DNA of 58,318 nt. Source: Candidatus Omnitrophota bacterium (GTDB lineage: Bacteria; Omnitrophota; Gorgyraeia; JABMRN01; RBG-13-46-9). Of the stretch, positions 7,535-15,910 are shown piece after piece; position 1 is the stretch's first letter, and each line of letters begins with the position of its first letter. The stretch is from NCBI GenBank assembly GCA_013203315.1, contig JABMQJ010000019.1:1-58318 (forward strand). The letters are read 5' to 3'. Below the pieces are notes generated by a model. That model searched no databases, had not been told where the DNA came from, and was given only the letters and a program-made list of their open reading frames with translations. A program made the translations under genes and the position numbers.

Positions 7535-9712
7535 CTAATTGTTTGTATTCTCGACGAGGATCTCTCTCGGCTTCGATCCTTGATAAGGACCGACTATTCT
7601 TTCGTCCTCCATCATATCTATGAGGCGGGCGGCCCTGGTATATCCTACGCCGAGCCGTCGCTGCAGCATGGATACAGAAGCCTGTTTTGTGTTGATAACG
7701 AGTTTTACGGCTTCGTCGTAAACCTCGTCTTTGTCAAATTTTCTATACGAAGCTTTCTTTTCAGGCTTAAGCATGTCTTCGGCGTATTCCGGCTTTCGCT
7801 GCGCTTTTATAAACGAGGCTATATCTGCTATCGCTTCGTCAGAAACAAGACACCCTTGGGCGCGAACGATCTTGGCATTACCCGGCTCAAGAAAGAGCAT
7901 GTCGCCTTTTCCTAGAAGTTTTTCGGCGCCGTTCCTATCAATAACGGTTCTTGAGTCAACTTTCGAGGCTACTTTAAATGAAATTCTTGCGGGGAAGTTC
8001 GCTTTTATAACGCCTGTTATGACGTTAACCGAAGGCCTTTGCGTCGCTATAATCATATGGATCCCGACAGCCCGGGAAAGCTGTGCCAACCTTGTTATCA
8101 TATTTTCAACTTCTTGCTTTGCAACCATCATTAGATCTGCCAGTTCGTCTATAATGACAATAATGTAAGGAAGTGTCGCGAGATTTTCAGCGTTTGCTTT
8201 TTTATTATATCCGTCGATATTTTTTACGCCGATTTCCAAAAACAAACTAAACCTTTGGTCCATTTCGTTTACGACCCAATCCAGTGAGTGCGAGACTTTC
8301 TTAGAATCCGTCACTACCGGCGCTAAAAGATGCGGTAAATTGTTAAAAGCCGCCAGCTCCACCTTCTTAGGGTCAACCATGAGGAACCTGAGCTCATCCG
8401 GGGAAGCATTATATAGAAGCGTCGTGATGATAGTGTTAACACAAACGGTTTTTCCGGAACCCGTAGCACCGGCTATTAAAAGGTGTGGCATGTCATCTAA
8501 ATCCGTAACTATGGGTGTGCCGGAAATATCTTTGCCGAGAGCCAGCTTTAATTTAGAGTGTTTTTGTGTATATTCTTTTGACTCAAGAATTTCCCTTAAA
8601 TATACAAATACGCTTTTTGCGTTCGGAACTTCAACGCCTACAGTGCCCTTCCCGGGAATCGGAGCTACGACTCTTATGCTAAGCGCCTTCATCGCCAGGG
8701 CAATATTGTCGCTAAGCGCGGTAATTCTGTTGATCGTTACCCCGCGCGCGGGTTCAAGCTCGTATCTTGTGATAACCGGCCCCTTACTTACGCCCACTAC
8801 CTTGGCTTCAATGCCGAAGTCGTCTAAAGTTTCTTCGAGAATCCTTGAATTCGTATTCAAATCTTCTGCAATTTCCCTTTCCTCTATGGGTGGGGGATTT
8901 TTCAAAAGATCGAGTGTCGGGAAATTGTATGGTCTTTTCTCGGTAACAGCTGTTTTTGGCCCCTTTACTTCGGCTGCTTCCTCTGCGGGTTTTTTTGTGC
9001 CGATTATCTTTTCTTTCAGTGATTCCACTTTATTGGGCGGGGTAGGAAGAGGCGCTACGGTCGGTTGTACGGCTGCTTTTACCCTGAGAGACGGCGAAGA
9101 AGTCTCTTTCTTGAAAATTTGTTTCCTGGAGGTGCCTTTTATTTTCGTCATACCGGAAAGAGTTGAACTCGCGCCTTTAATAAGCGACTTAAATCCTCTA
9201 GGCAGCCATGCCAGAAACGGAAATATAAGAAAATCTGTAGCGATAATAAGCGACAAAAGAAAGAAAACGAGAATCGCGATAAACGTCCCTACGGTTCCGA
9301 GGTATTTTAAAAGAAAGTTGGAAAAAATAAGGCCTATTATTCCGCCCTTCTGAAACCTTAAGGTAAGCTCTTCGGCCCCGAGTAAACTGAATATTGAGCT
9401 TACGGCCAAAACCAGAAAAAGCGCGCCGAAAATGCGAAGATAGAATTTCCTGGGTTTTTCCTCAAACAGGCACACTACGCCCCACAGGGCGATAAGAAAC
9501 GGTATAACATAAGCGCTTTGCCCCATCAAGAAAAGGAAAAACCACGCAAGATAGGCACCCACGGAACCGATGACATTTTGTTTCGCGAGATTCGGGCTTG
9601 AGGTAAGAAATCTTATATCGGTTTGGTTAAATGTAAGGAGGCTTATAAATATTACAAATGCTATTACTATAGCAAAAATTAATTTTATCTCATTCGATCT
9701 TGAGGTTTTCAT
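7535..9712 (-). CDS. ftsK: DNA translocase FtsK
   Basis: N-terminal TMs, MPHLLIAGATGSGKT, IIDELADLMM, ATQRPS, gamma domain GYTRAARLID. Confidence 0.97.
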   Translation of the reverse strand: MKTSRSNEIKLIFAIVIAFVIFISLLTFNQTDIRFLTSSPNLAKQNVIGSVGAYLAWFFLFLMGQSAYVIPFLIALWGVVCLFEEKPRKFYLRIFGALFLVLAVSSIFSLLGAEELTLRFQKGGIIGLIFSNFLLKYLGTVGTFIAILVFFLLSLIIATDFLIFPFLAWLPRGFKSLIKGASSTLSGMTKIKGTSRKQIFKKETSSPSLRVKAAVQPTVAPLPTPPNKVESLKEKIIGTKKPAEEAAEVKGPKTAVTEKRPYNFPTLDLLKNPPPIEEREIAEDLNTNSRILEETLDDFGIEAKVVGVSKGPVITRYELEPARGVTINRITALSDNIALAMKALSIRVVAPIPGKGTVGVEVPNAKSVFVYLREILESKEYTQKHSKLKLALGKDISGTPIVTDLDDMPHLLIAGATGSGKTVCVNTIITTLLYNASPDELRFLMVDPKKVELAAFNNLPHLLAPVVTDSKKVSHSLDWVVNEMDQRFSLFLEIGVKNIDGYNKKANAENLATLPYIIVIIDELADLMMVAKQEVENMITRLAQLSRAVGIHMIIATQRPSVNVITGVIKANFPARISFKVASKVDSRTVIDRNGAEKLLGKGDMLFLEPGNAKIVRAQGCLVSDEAIADIASFIKAQRKPEYAEDMLKPEKKASYRKFDKDEVYDEAVKLVINTKQASVSMLQRRLGVGYTRAARLIDMMEDERIVGPYQGSKPREILVENTNN

Positions 9713-9713
9713 G

Positions 9714-10163
9714 TTAAACCCCCGTGTGGCCGAAGCCGCCCTGAGATCTTACCGTCTCGTCCAGTTCCTCGACTTCCGCTAATTCCGCCTTGATAACCTC
9801 TTTTATTACAAGCTGCGCAAGCCTTGCGCCTCTTTTTATCACAAAAGGTATTTTGCCCAGGTTTGTCATGATAAGTCCGACCAGCCCGCGGTAATCGCTG
9901 TCGATGGTGCCCGGCGCGTTAACAAGCGTTATGCCGTGCTTGAGTGCGAGGCCGCTTCTCGGTCTTACCTCGGCCTCAAATCCTTCCGGGATACTTAAGT
10001 ATATCCCGCAGGATATAAGCTTTATTTGGCCGGGCAGAAGCGTGACTTCGCTATCTACGTCAGCGTAAAGATCCATGCCGCTTGCCCCATGCGTTGCATA
10101 GGCCGGTAGCGGTAGATCTCTAGCGCTTTCTTTCTTTTTTATCCCTACCTTGATCTTCTTCAC
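9714..10163 (-). CDS. dut: dUTPase
   Basis: SGMDL, RPRSGLA, GTIDSDYRG, RSQGGFGHTG. Confidence 0.97.
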   Translation of the reverse strand: MKKIKVGIKKKESARDLPLPAYATHGASGMDLYADVDSEVTLLPGQIKLISCGIYLSIPEGFEAEVRPRSGLALKHGITLVNAPGTIDSDYRGLVGLIMTNLGKIPFVIKRGARLAQLVIKEVIKAELAEVEELDETVRSQGGFGHTGV

Positions 10164-12249
10164 CCTGGTCTTCCAAGAGTTGTTTTATGCTTAAATTTAT
10201 TCTGCCCTGCTGGTCTATTTCAATTACCTTAACCGTTACCTCATCGCCTATGTTAAGTTCGTCGGTGACATCCTTAACAAATCTATTTGCTATCTCAGAA
10301 ACGTGCACGAGGCCTTCTTTACCCGGCAAAATTTCGCAAAAAGCTCCGAAATTCATGATACGGGTAACCTTGCCCTTATAGATTTGTCCGGCCTCTACAT
10401 CGGCTGTAAGGCCCTTTATTACTTCCAGGGCCTTTCTGGTTGCTTCATCATCATTGGAGGCCACCTGGACGCTTCCGTCATCTTCGACATCAATGGTAAC
10501 GCCGAAATCGCTTATAATCTTTTTAATCGTTCTGCCGCCCGGGCCGATTACGTCCTTTATTTTTGCCGGATTGACTTTCAAGTTGACGATTCGCGGGGCA
10601 TAATCCGAAAGTTCTTCTTTCGGTTTGGCAATAGCCTTGTCCATCTTTTCCAGAATTTCAAGACGCGCTTTCTTTGCCATGACGAGTGCATTTTCCACGA
10701 CGTCTTTCTTCAGGCCGCCTATCTTCAGGTCCATCTGTATTGCCGTAATGCCGCTTGTGGTTCCGGCAACCTTGAAATCCATGTCTCCGTAATGGTCCTC
10801 GACGCCGGCTATGTCTGTCAGCAAAATATGTTTATCGCCTTCCGCGATAAGGCCTATGGCGATTCCCGCTACCGGCGCTTTTGTAGGAACTCCCGCGTCC
10901 ATTAAAGAGAGTGATCCCGCGCAAACACTGGCCATTGAGCTCGAGCCGTTTGATTCGAGTATGTCCGAGACAACTCTCACCGTATAAGGAAATTTCTCGC
11001 CTGAGGGTATTACGGGTTTCAGTGCTTTTTCCGCAAGGGCACCGTGCCCGATTTCACGTCTGCCGGGACCCCGAAACGGGCTTATCTCGCCTACGCTAAA
11101 ACCGGGAAAATTGTAATGCAACATGAAGGCTTTCTGCGTTTCGCCTTCAAGCGCGTCTATTCTTTGCTCATCGGCGCTGGTTCCCAGAGTCGTGGTGCAA
11201 AGCGCCTGGGTCTGGCCTCTTGTGAAAAGACCGGATCCATGGGTGCGCGGTAAAATCCCTACTTCACATTCGATCTTTCTTACTTCGTCCAAGCCTCTTT
11301 TATCAATTCTTTTTTTGTTTTCTAGAATGTATTTCCTTATGACCTGCTTCTCGAGTTTTTGCAGGGCGGACTTAACTTCCCAGCTTTCAGTAGGGTTTTC
11401 CTCTGATACAAGCTTCTCCAAGAGTTCGTTGGTCAGAATGTTTAGCGCTTCCTCCCTCTCATCTTTGGAGCTTAACTTATTTATTTCATTTAGTTTATTC
11501 AGCGCAAGGCCTTCGATTTTTTTGCATAGCTCCTCACTGGGCTTCCTTATCATAACGTCTTCTCTTTTTTTCTGTCCGCATTTTTTTATGAGGTTTTTTT
11601 GTAGATCAATAATCGTCACGATGTGTCCCTGCGCAAATTCCATGGCTTCGTTTATTTTTTCTTCGCTGAGTTCCTTGCTTTCAGCTTCCATCATCACGAC
11701 CTTGTCGCTGCGTCCGACCACTACCATATCCAGGTCGCTTTCTTCTACCTCTTTGAACGTCGGGTTCAGGATAAATTTACCGTCGATCAATCCGACCCGA
11801 ACGCAACCGATAGGGCCGTCAAACGGTATGTTGGACATTGAAAGGGCCACAGAGGCGCCGTTCACCGCAAGAACATCAGAGTCGTTTTCGCTATCGCTTG
11901 AAAGAACCAGGTTCACGACCTGTATGCCATTAACCATGCCTTTCGGGAAAAGCGGCCTTATGGGTCTATCGATAAGCCGTGCTGTTAAAATCTCTTTTTC
12001 GGAAGGCCTTCCCTCTCTTTTAAAAAATCCGCCCGGTATTTTTCCTGCGGCGGAAGTTTTTTCCCTGTATTCAACAGTAAGCGGAAGAAAGTCGATGCCC
12101 TCCCTTGCCTCTTTGGAGCAAACGCAAGTTGTGAGAACAACCGTTCCTCCTAATTGCACCGTTACGGCAGCATCAGCCTGCTTGGCGATCTTGCCTGTTT
12201 CTATAATTAGATCTTCTCTACCTAGTTTTGTGCTAACACGTTCTGTCAT
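10120..12249 (-). CDS. pnp: Polyribonucleotide nucleotidyltransferase
   Basis: RLIDRPIRPLFP, FTRGQTQ, RREIGHG, ESNGSSSMA, GDMDFKVAG, KH and S1 domains. Confidence 0.98.
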   Translation of the reverse strand: MTERVSTKLGREDLIIETGKIAKQADAAVTVQLGGTVVLTTCVCSKEAREGIDFLPLTVEYREKTSAAGKIPGGFFKREGRPSEKEILTARLIDRPIRPLFPKGMVNGIQVVNLVLSSDSENDSDVLAVNGASVALSMSNIPFDGPIGCVRVGLIDGKFILNPTFKEVEESDLDMVVVGRSDKVVMMEAESKELSEEKINEAMEFAQGHIVTIIDLQKNLIKKCGQKKREDVMIRKPSEELCKKIEGLALNKLNEINKLSSKDEREEALNILTNELLEKLVSEENPTESWEVKSALQKLEKQVIRKYILENKKRIDKRGLDEVRKIECEVGILPRTHGSGLFTRGQTQALCTTTLGTSADEQRIDALEGETQKAFMLHYNFPGFSVGEISPFRGPGRREIGHGALAEKALKPVIPSGEKFPYTVRVVSDILESNGSSSMASVCAGSLSLMDAGVPTKAPVAGIAIGLIAEGDKHILLTDIAGVEDHYGDMDFKVAGTTSGITAIQMDLKIGGLKKDVVENALVMAKKARLEILEKMDKAIAKPKEELSDYAPRIVNLKVNPAKIKDVIGPGGRTIKKIISDFGVTIDVEDDGSVQVASNDDEATRKALEVIKGLTADVEAGQIYKGKVTRIMNFGAFCEILPGKEGLVHVSEIANRFVKDVTDELNIGDEVTVKVIEIDQQGRINLSIKQLLEDQGEEDQGRDKKERKR

Positions 12250-12307
12250 AAAATTTTCCTTTTTTCCTTTCTATAAATTTTGAAATGCAAAAAATTAGTG
12301 CTGAAAT

Positions 12308-12577
12308 CTACTTTCGTAGATTCAATTTTTTCACGATTTCTTCGTATTCTTTTTTATCTTGTCTTTTCATGTAATCCAAGAGCCTGCGCCTTGAACTTAC
12401 CAGTTTTAAAAGCCCTCGCCTTGACTGGAAGTCCTTTCGGTGTCCCTTGAAATGTTCAGCAAGAACATTTATCTTTTCTGTAAGAAGCGCAACCTGAACA
12501 GCGGAAGAGCCCGTGTCCTTTTGATGATGTCTGAAAGACTCTACGATGTTTTTCTTTTTGTCCTTTTCTAAAACCAC
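12308..12577 (-). CDS. rpsO: 30S ribosomal protein S15
   Basis: [31 protein letters not shown]; GTG start with SD GAGGAGG. Confidence 0.98.
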   Translation of the reverse strand: MVLEKDKKKNIVESFRHHQKDTGSSAVQVALLTEKINVLAEHFKGHRKDFQSRRGLLKLVSSRRRLLDYMKRQDKKEYEEIVKKLNLRK

Positions 12578-12630
12578 TTTTTTCCTCCTCTACCTACTAT
12601 TACTACTTTCACTACTTATATAGCCTCAAT

Positions 12631-12659
12631 ATAATATCATATAAGGCATGTTTTGTCCA
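12631..12659 (-). promoter_or_regulatory. Possible rpsO-pnp promoter
   Basis: TGGACA-17nt-TATTAT with TG extended -10. Confidence 0.4.
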
Positions 12660-12663
12660 CCCT

Positions 12664-13629
12664 CTATGGGCATAATATTTGCCGGGCTCGCTTTTCGTCC
12701 ATTTTGATTCGCCTTGCCAGACTGGCAGCGTCTTTGAACCTTTTTTCTTTCCTAATTTTCTTTACAAATATTATCTCTAAGTCCTTGCCGTATATGTACT
12801 TATTGAAATTAAATATGTGCGCTTCTATCGTAGGCTCTACATCCGGAGAAACGCCCTTAAAAGTTGGCCGCGTGCCTATATTCATAATGCCATTGTATAT
12901 TTTACCTTTAGGGCCACCGGTCCCGCTTGATGTTAAGCTTATTTTTACCGCATATACCCCCGAAGGCGGTATGACTTCGTGATGCGGATTAATATTAGCC
13001 GTAGGAAATCCTATGATTCTCCCCCTCTTATGCCCGGGTATGACCGTACCCAAGACCGTTACGGGCCTTCCGAGAAGGGTCCGGGCTTTCCTGAGATCAC
13101 CTTTTAATATAAGGCTCCGGATCCATGTGCTCGATATGACTTTTTGTGAACGCTTGACCTCGCTAATTACGCTCAGTCTGTATCCGTAATCTTCGGAAAA
13201 TTTTCCCAGGTCTCCGACCTTGCCTCTTTTTTTGTTGCCGAAGAAAAAATTCTTTCCTACGATTATCTCGTCAATATGAATTTTGCCAAGTACTTTTTCG
13301 ATAAATTTTGCGGCGCTTACTTTAGCGAATTTACGGTCAAAACGTAAAACGAGAACATTATCAAGCCCCATTTCTCCTAATAAGTGCAATCTGTGCTTCA
13401 ATGAAATAAGAAGCGGGACTTTTTTTGATAAACTCGATATGTTCGCCGGGTGAGGGTCAAAAGTAATAAGAAGTGTTTTCGAATTCTTTCGCTTTGCCTT
13501 CTTTATCAAGGTTTCTATGATTCTTTGATGGGCGCAATGCACGCCGTCAAAAACTCCGATCGTTACGACGAATTTCCTGCGCCTTGGACATGAGTTTAGA
13601 AATTCATTCAGACTGTAAAATGTTTTCAT
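12664..13629 (-). CDS. ribF: Bifunctional riboflavin kinase/FAD synthetase
   Basis: IGVFDGVH, TFDPHP, ISSTWIR, GFPTAN, NIGTRPT, IEAHIFNF. Confidence 0.96.
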   Translation of the reverse strand: MKTFYSLNEFLNSCPRRRKFVVTIGVFDGVHCAHQRIIETLIKKAKRKNSKTLLITFDPHPANISSLSKKVPLLISLKHRLHLLGEMGLDNVLVLRFDRKFAKVSAAKFIEKVLGKIHIDEIIVGKNFFFGNKKRGKVGDLGKFSEDYGYRLSVISEVKRSQKVISSTWIRSLILKGDLRKARTLLGRPVTVLGTVIPGHKRGRIIGFPTANINPHHEVIPPSGVYAVKISLTSSGTGGPKGKIYNGIMNIGTRPTFKGVSPDVEPTIEAHIFNFNKYIYGKDLEIIFVKKIRKEKRFKDAASLARRIKMDEKRARQILCP

Positions 13630-14299
13630 AGAATATGTTTTCCGAGGCTTGAATGTTACTAAGCCCTACGGCCCTACTAATATTGTAAGGGCCGATTTTT
13701 GTTCTTTTTAATGCGGTAAGATGAGCGCCCGAGCCCAAATCCTCGCCAATGTCATGAGCCAATTGCCTTATATAAGTTCCTTTAGAGCATTTTACGTAAA
13801 AAGTTACATGCGGCAGGGAAATATTTAGAATTTTTATTTCTTCTATAGAAACCACTTTCGGTTCCCTTTTTACGACCACTCCTTTTCTCGCTAATTCGTA
13901 AAGTTTTTTTCCTTTAATTTTTTTGGCAGAATACATGGGCGGGGTCTGACTAATTTTCCCGCAGAAGGAGGCAAAAACTTTTTCCATATCTTTGATATTG
14001 TCTTTATATAAATCTAAATTTTTTCTCTCAAGAACCTTCCCCTCCCTGTCGCCGGTATCGGTGGAAATTCCCAGACAAAGCTCTGCTTCGTATTCCTTAT
14101 CGTAGTTCGAAAAATGGAGTGATTTCTTGGTGGATTTTCCCAGAAGCACGATTAAAAGCCCCGTAGCCATAGGATCCAGTGTGCCGGCATGTCCAACTTT
14201 TTTGAACCTGAAACTTCTTCTTATGGAGTCCACTACATCATGGCTTGTCATGCCGCCGGGTTTATCGATAAGAATTATGCCGTTTTCTTTACAATGCAT
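13604..14299 (-). CDS. truB: tRNA pseudouridine(55) synthase (short form)
   Basis: DKPGGMTSHDVV, GHAGTLDPMATG, SKGTYIRQLA; start moved to 14299 because the upstream extension overlaps nrnA. Confidence 0.93.
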   Translation of the reverse strand: MHCKENGIILIDKPGGMTSHDVVDSIRRSFRFKKVGHAGTLDPMATGLLIVLLGKSTKKSLHFSNYDKEYEAELCLGISTDTGDREGKVLERKNLDLYKDNIKDMEKVFASFCGKISQTPPMYSAKKIKGKKLYELARKGVVVKREPKVVSIEEIKILNISLPHVTFYVKCSKGTYIRQLAHDIGEDLGSGAHLTALKRTKIGPYNISRAVGLSNIQASENIFYENILQSE

Positions 14300-15257
14300 C
14301 CTTAACCTTTTCCAAGACTTTCTTCTTAACTTCGTTAAGGCTTCCGCGTACATTACAACCCGCAGCGTTTTTGTGGCCGCCCCCTCCGAAGAAAGATGCA
14401 ATTCTATTTACATCTACGCGGCCGGTAGATCTAAAACTTACGTGAAACACGTTTTTCTTATTGATATCCTCACGGAAGAAAACCGCTACATTAACGCCTT
14501 TTACAGAGCGCGCAAAATTAACAAAGTTTTCGCAGGCCGTTGGCTTGGTCTTGGTTTTTCTGAAAAGATCTTTGCGGACAACCAAGCAGGCTACTTTTCC
14601 GCTTGCGAGAACTTTAAGGTCAGAAAGCGCTTTCGCTAATAATTTTACTTCGCCGAGCGTTTTATTTTCGTAAATACTCTGCGAAACATCATAAGGCTCG
14701 ATTCCGTATCCCAAAAGCTCGCTTATAATCTCGTGAGTAGCGCCGGATGTGTTACTATAGTTAAATGACCCTGTATCCGTAAGAATGGCTATATACAAGT
14801 ACAAGGCAACCGTTTTGGTAATTTTACAATTCAATGATTTATAGAGCTTATAAACCATCTCTCCGGCCGAGCTCGCGCCTTCTTCTACCCAGTTTAAGTC
14901 ACCGAACTTTTCGTTACTCACATGGTGGTCGATGTTTATTACGGTTTCGGTCTTTTTCACGGCCTCCCTTACCCTGCCTACTCGCTTCAGGTTGGGGCAA
15001 TCCAGGACTATTGCTGCATCAAATTTTTCGTTTTCATCTTTAATGTCATTGCGGATAAGATTTATTCCCGGCAAAAACCGGTAGCGTTCCGGCACTTTGT
15101 CATTATCAAAAATAACAAATTTTTTGCCGAGACACTTCAAAAGCTCAGCCATCGCAAGCTGGCTTCCCAGGGAATCGCCTTCGGGGTTTATGTGAGAGGT
15201 AATAAGAAACTTGTCATATTTTTTAAGAACCTTGGTTATTTTCTCTATTGTCTCCAT
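14289..15257 (-). CDS. nrnA: DHH family oligoribonuclease/pAp phosphatase
   Basis: HINPEGDSLGS, NIDHH, TDTGSF, GGGGHKNAAG; rbfA-nrnA-truB synteny; likely start METIEK. Confidence 0.9.
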   Translation of the reverse strand: METIEKITKVLKKYDKFLITSHINPEGDSLGSQLAMAELLKCLGKKFVIFDNDKVPERYRFLPGINLIRNDIKDENEKFDAAIVLDCPNLKRVGRVREAVKKTETVINIDHHVSNEKFGDLNWVEEGASSAGEMVYKLYKSLNCKITKTVALYLYIAILTDTGSFNYSNTSGATHEIISELLGYGIEPYDVSQSIYENKTLGEVKLLAKALSDLKVLASGKVACLVVRKDLFRKTKTKPTACENFVNFARSVKGVNVAVFFREDINKKNVFHVSFRSTGRVDVNRIASFFGGGGHKNAAGCNVRGSLNEVKKKVLEKVKDAL

Positions 15258-15609
15258 TTTGTCCTTTCTCTTCACGCAGTTTATTTAAAATTTCCTCTAT
15301 CCGTCCTTTTGTCTCGGCGGTTTCGTCGATCTTAAACATAACATCGGTAGCACATCTTAGCTTTAGTTCATCGGCTATGCGCATTCGTACAAAGCCCTTG
15401 GCGCTCTTTAAGCCCTGCGCAATCAGCTTCTTCTCCTTATCATCTCCTATTACGCTGTAGTATATCTTAGCGAGTTTAAGATCCGGTGTCACCTCGGCCT
15501 TTGTAATGGTAATAAATCCCTTTACGCGCGGGTCTTTGATATCATTCGGTATAATTTCGCTGGCAATGCGCCTTATGGCCGCCGCCACCCTATCGGTTCT
15601 CCTTGTCAC
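15223..15609 (-). CDS. rbfA: Ribosome-binding factor A
   Basis: RRTDRVAAAIRR, KDPRV, VTPDLKLAKIY. Confidence 0.95.
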   Translation of the reverse strand: MTRRTDRVAAAIRRIASEIIPNDIKDPRVKGFITITKAEVTPDLKLAKIYYSVIGDDKEKKLIAQGLKSAKGFVRMRIADELKLRCATDVMFKIDETAETKGRIEEILNKLREEKGQNGDNRENNQGS

Positions 15610-15625
15610 GCTGTCCTCCTTTGCA

Positions 15626-15910
15626 TTACATGATCTCGATCTGGTGATCCATTATTATGATGGACCTGTTTTGTTCGAAAAAATTCTTTATCTTATTAAG
15701 CAGCCCGTCGATATATTTCTTGTCGTTCGACACGCAGGAAATACCCATCGATGCCGCCTGCCACTTGTCATGCTTATCCACCTCGGCAATCGAGACGTTG
15801 AAATTATTCCTCACCCTGTCCCTTAAACGCTGCATGACTACCCTCTTCTCTTTCAGGGTTGAGCTTTCGGAAATATGAAAATCTATTTTGAGAACGCCTA
15901 CGTGTATCAT
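15626..15910 (-). CDS. DUF503 (YlxP-like) protein
   Basis: TLKEKRVV, NFNVSIAEVDKHDKWQ; usual neighbour of rbfA. Confidence 0.9.
   Translation of the reverse strand: MIHVGVLKIDFHISESSTLKEKRVVMQRLRDRVRNNFNVSIAEVDKHDKWQAASMGISCVSNDKKYIDGLLNKIKNFFEQNRSIIIMDHQIEIM

Noticed and set aside
8340-9353. 337-aa plus-strand ORF
   Set aside because: Antisense shadow of ftsK.
11123-12283. 386-aa plus-strand ORF
   Set aside because: Antisense shadow of pnp; Ser/Leu/Phe-rich with no motif or RBS.
14300-14401. N-terminal extension of TruB in the ORF track
   Set aside because: Overlaps the nrnA C-terminus; TruB homology starts after Met at 14299.
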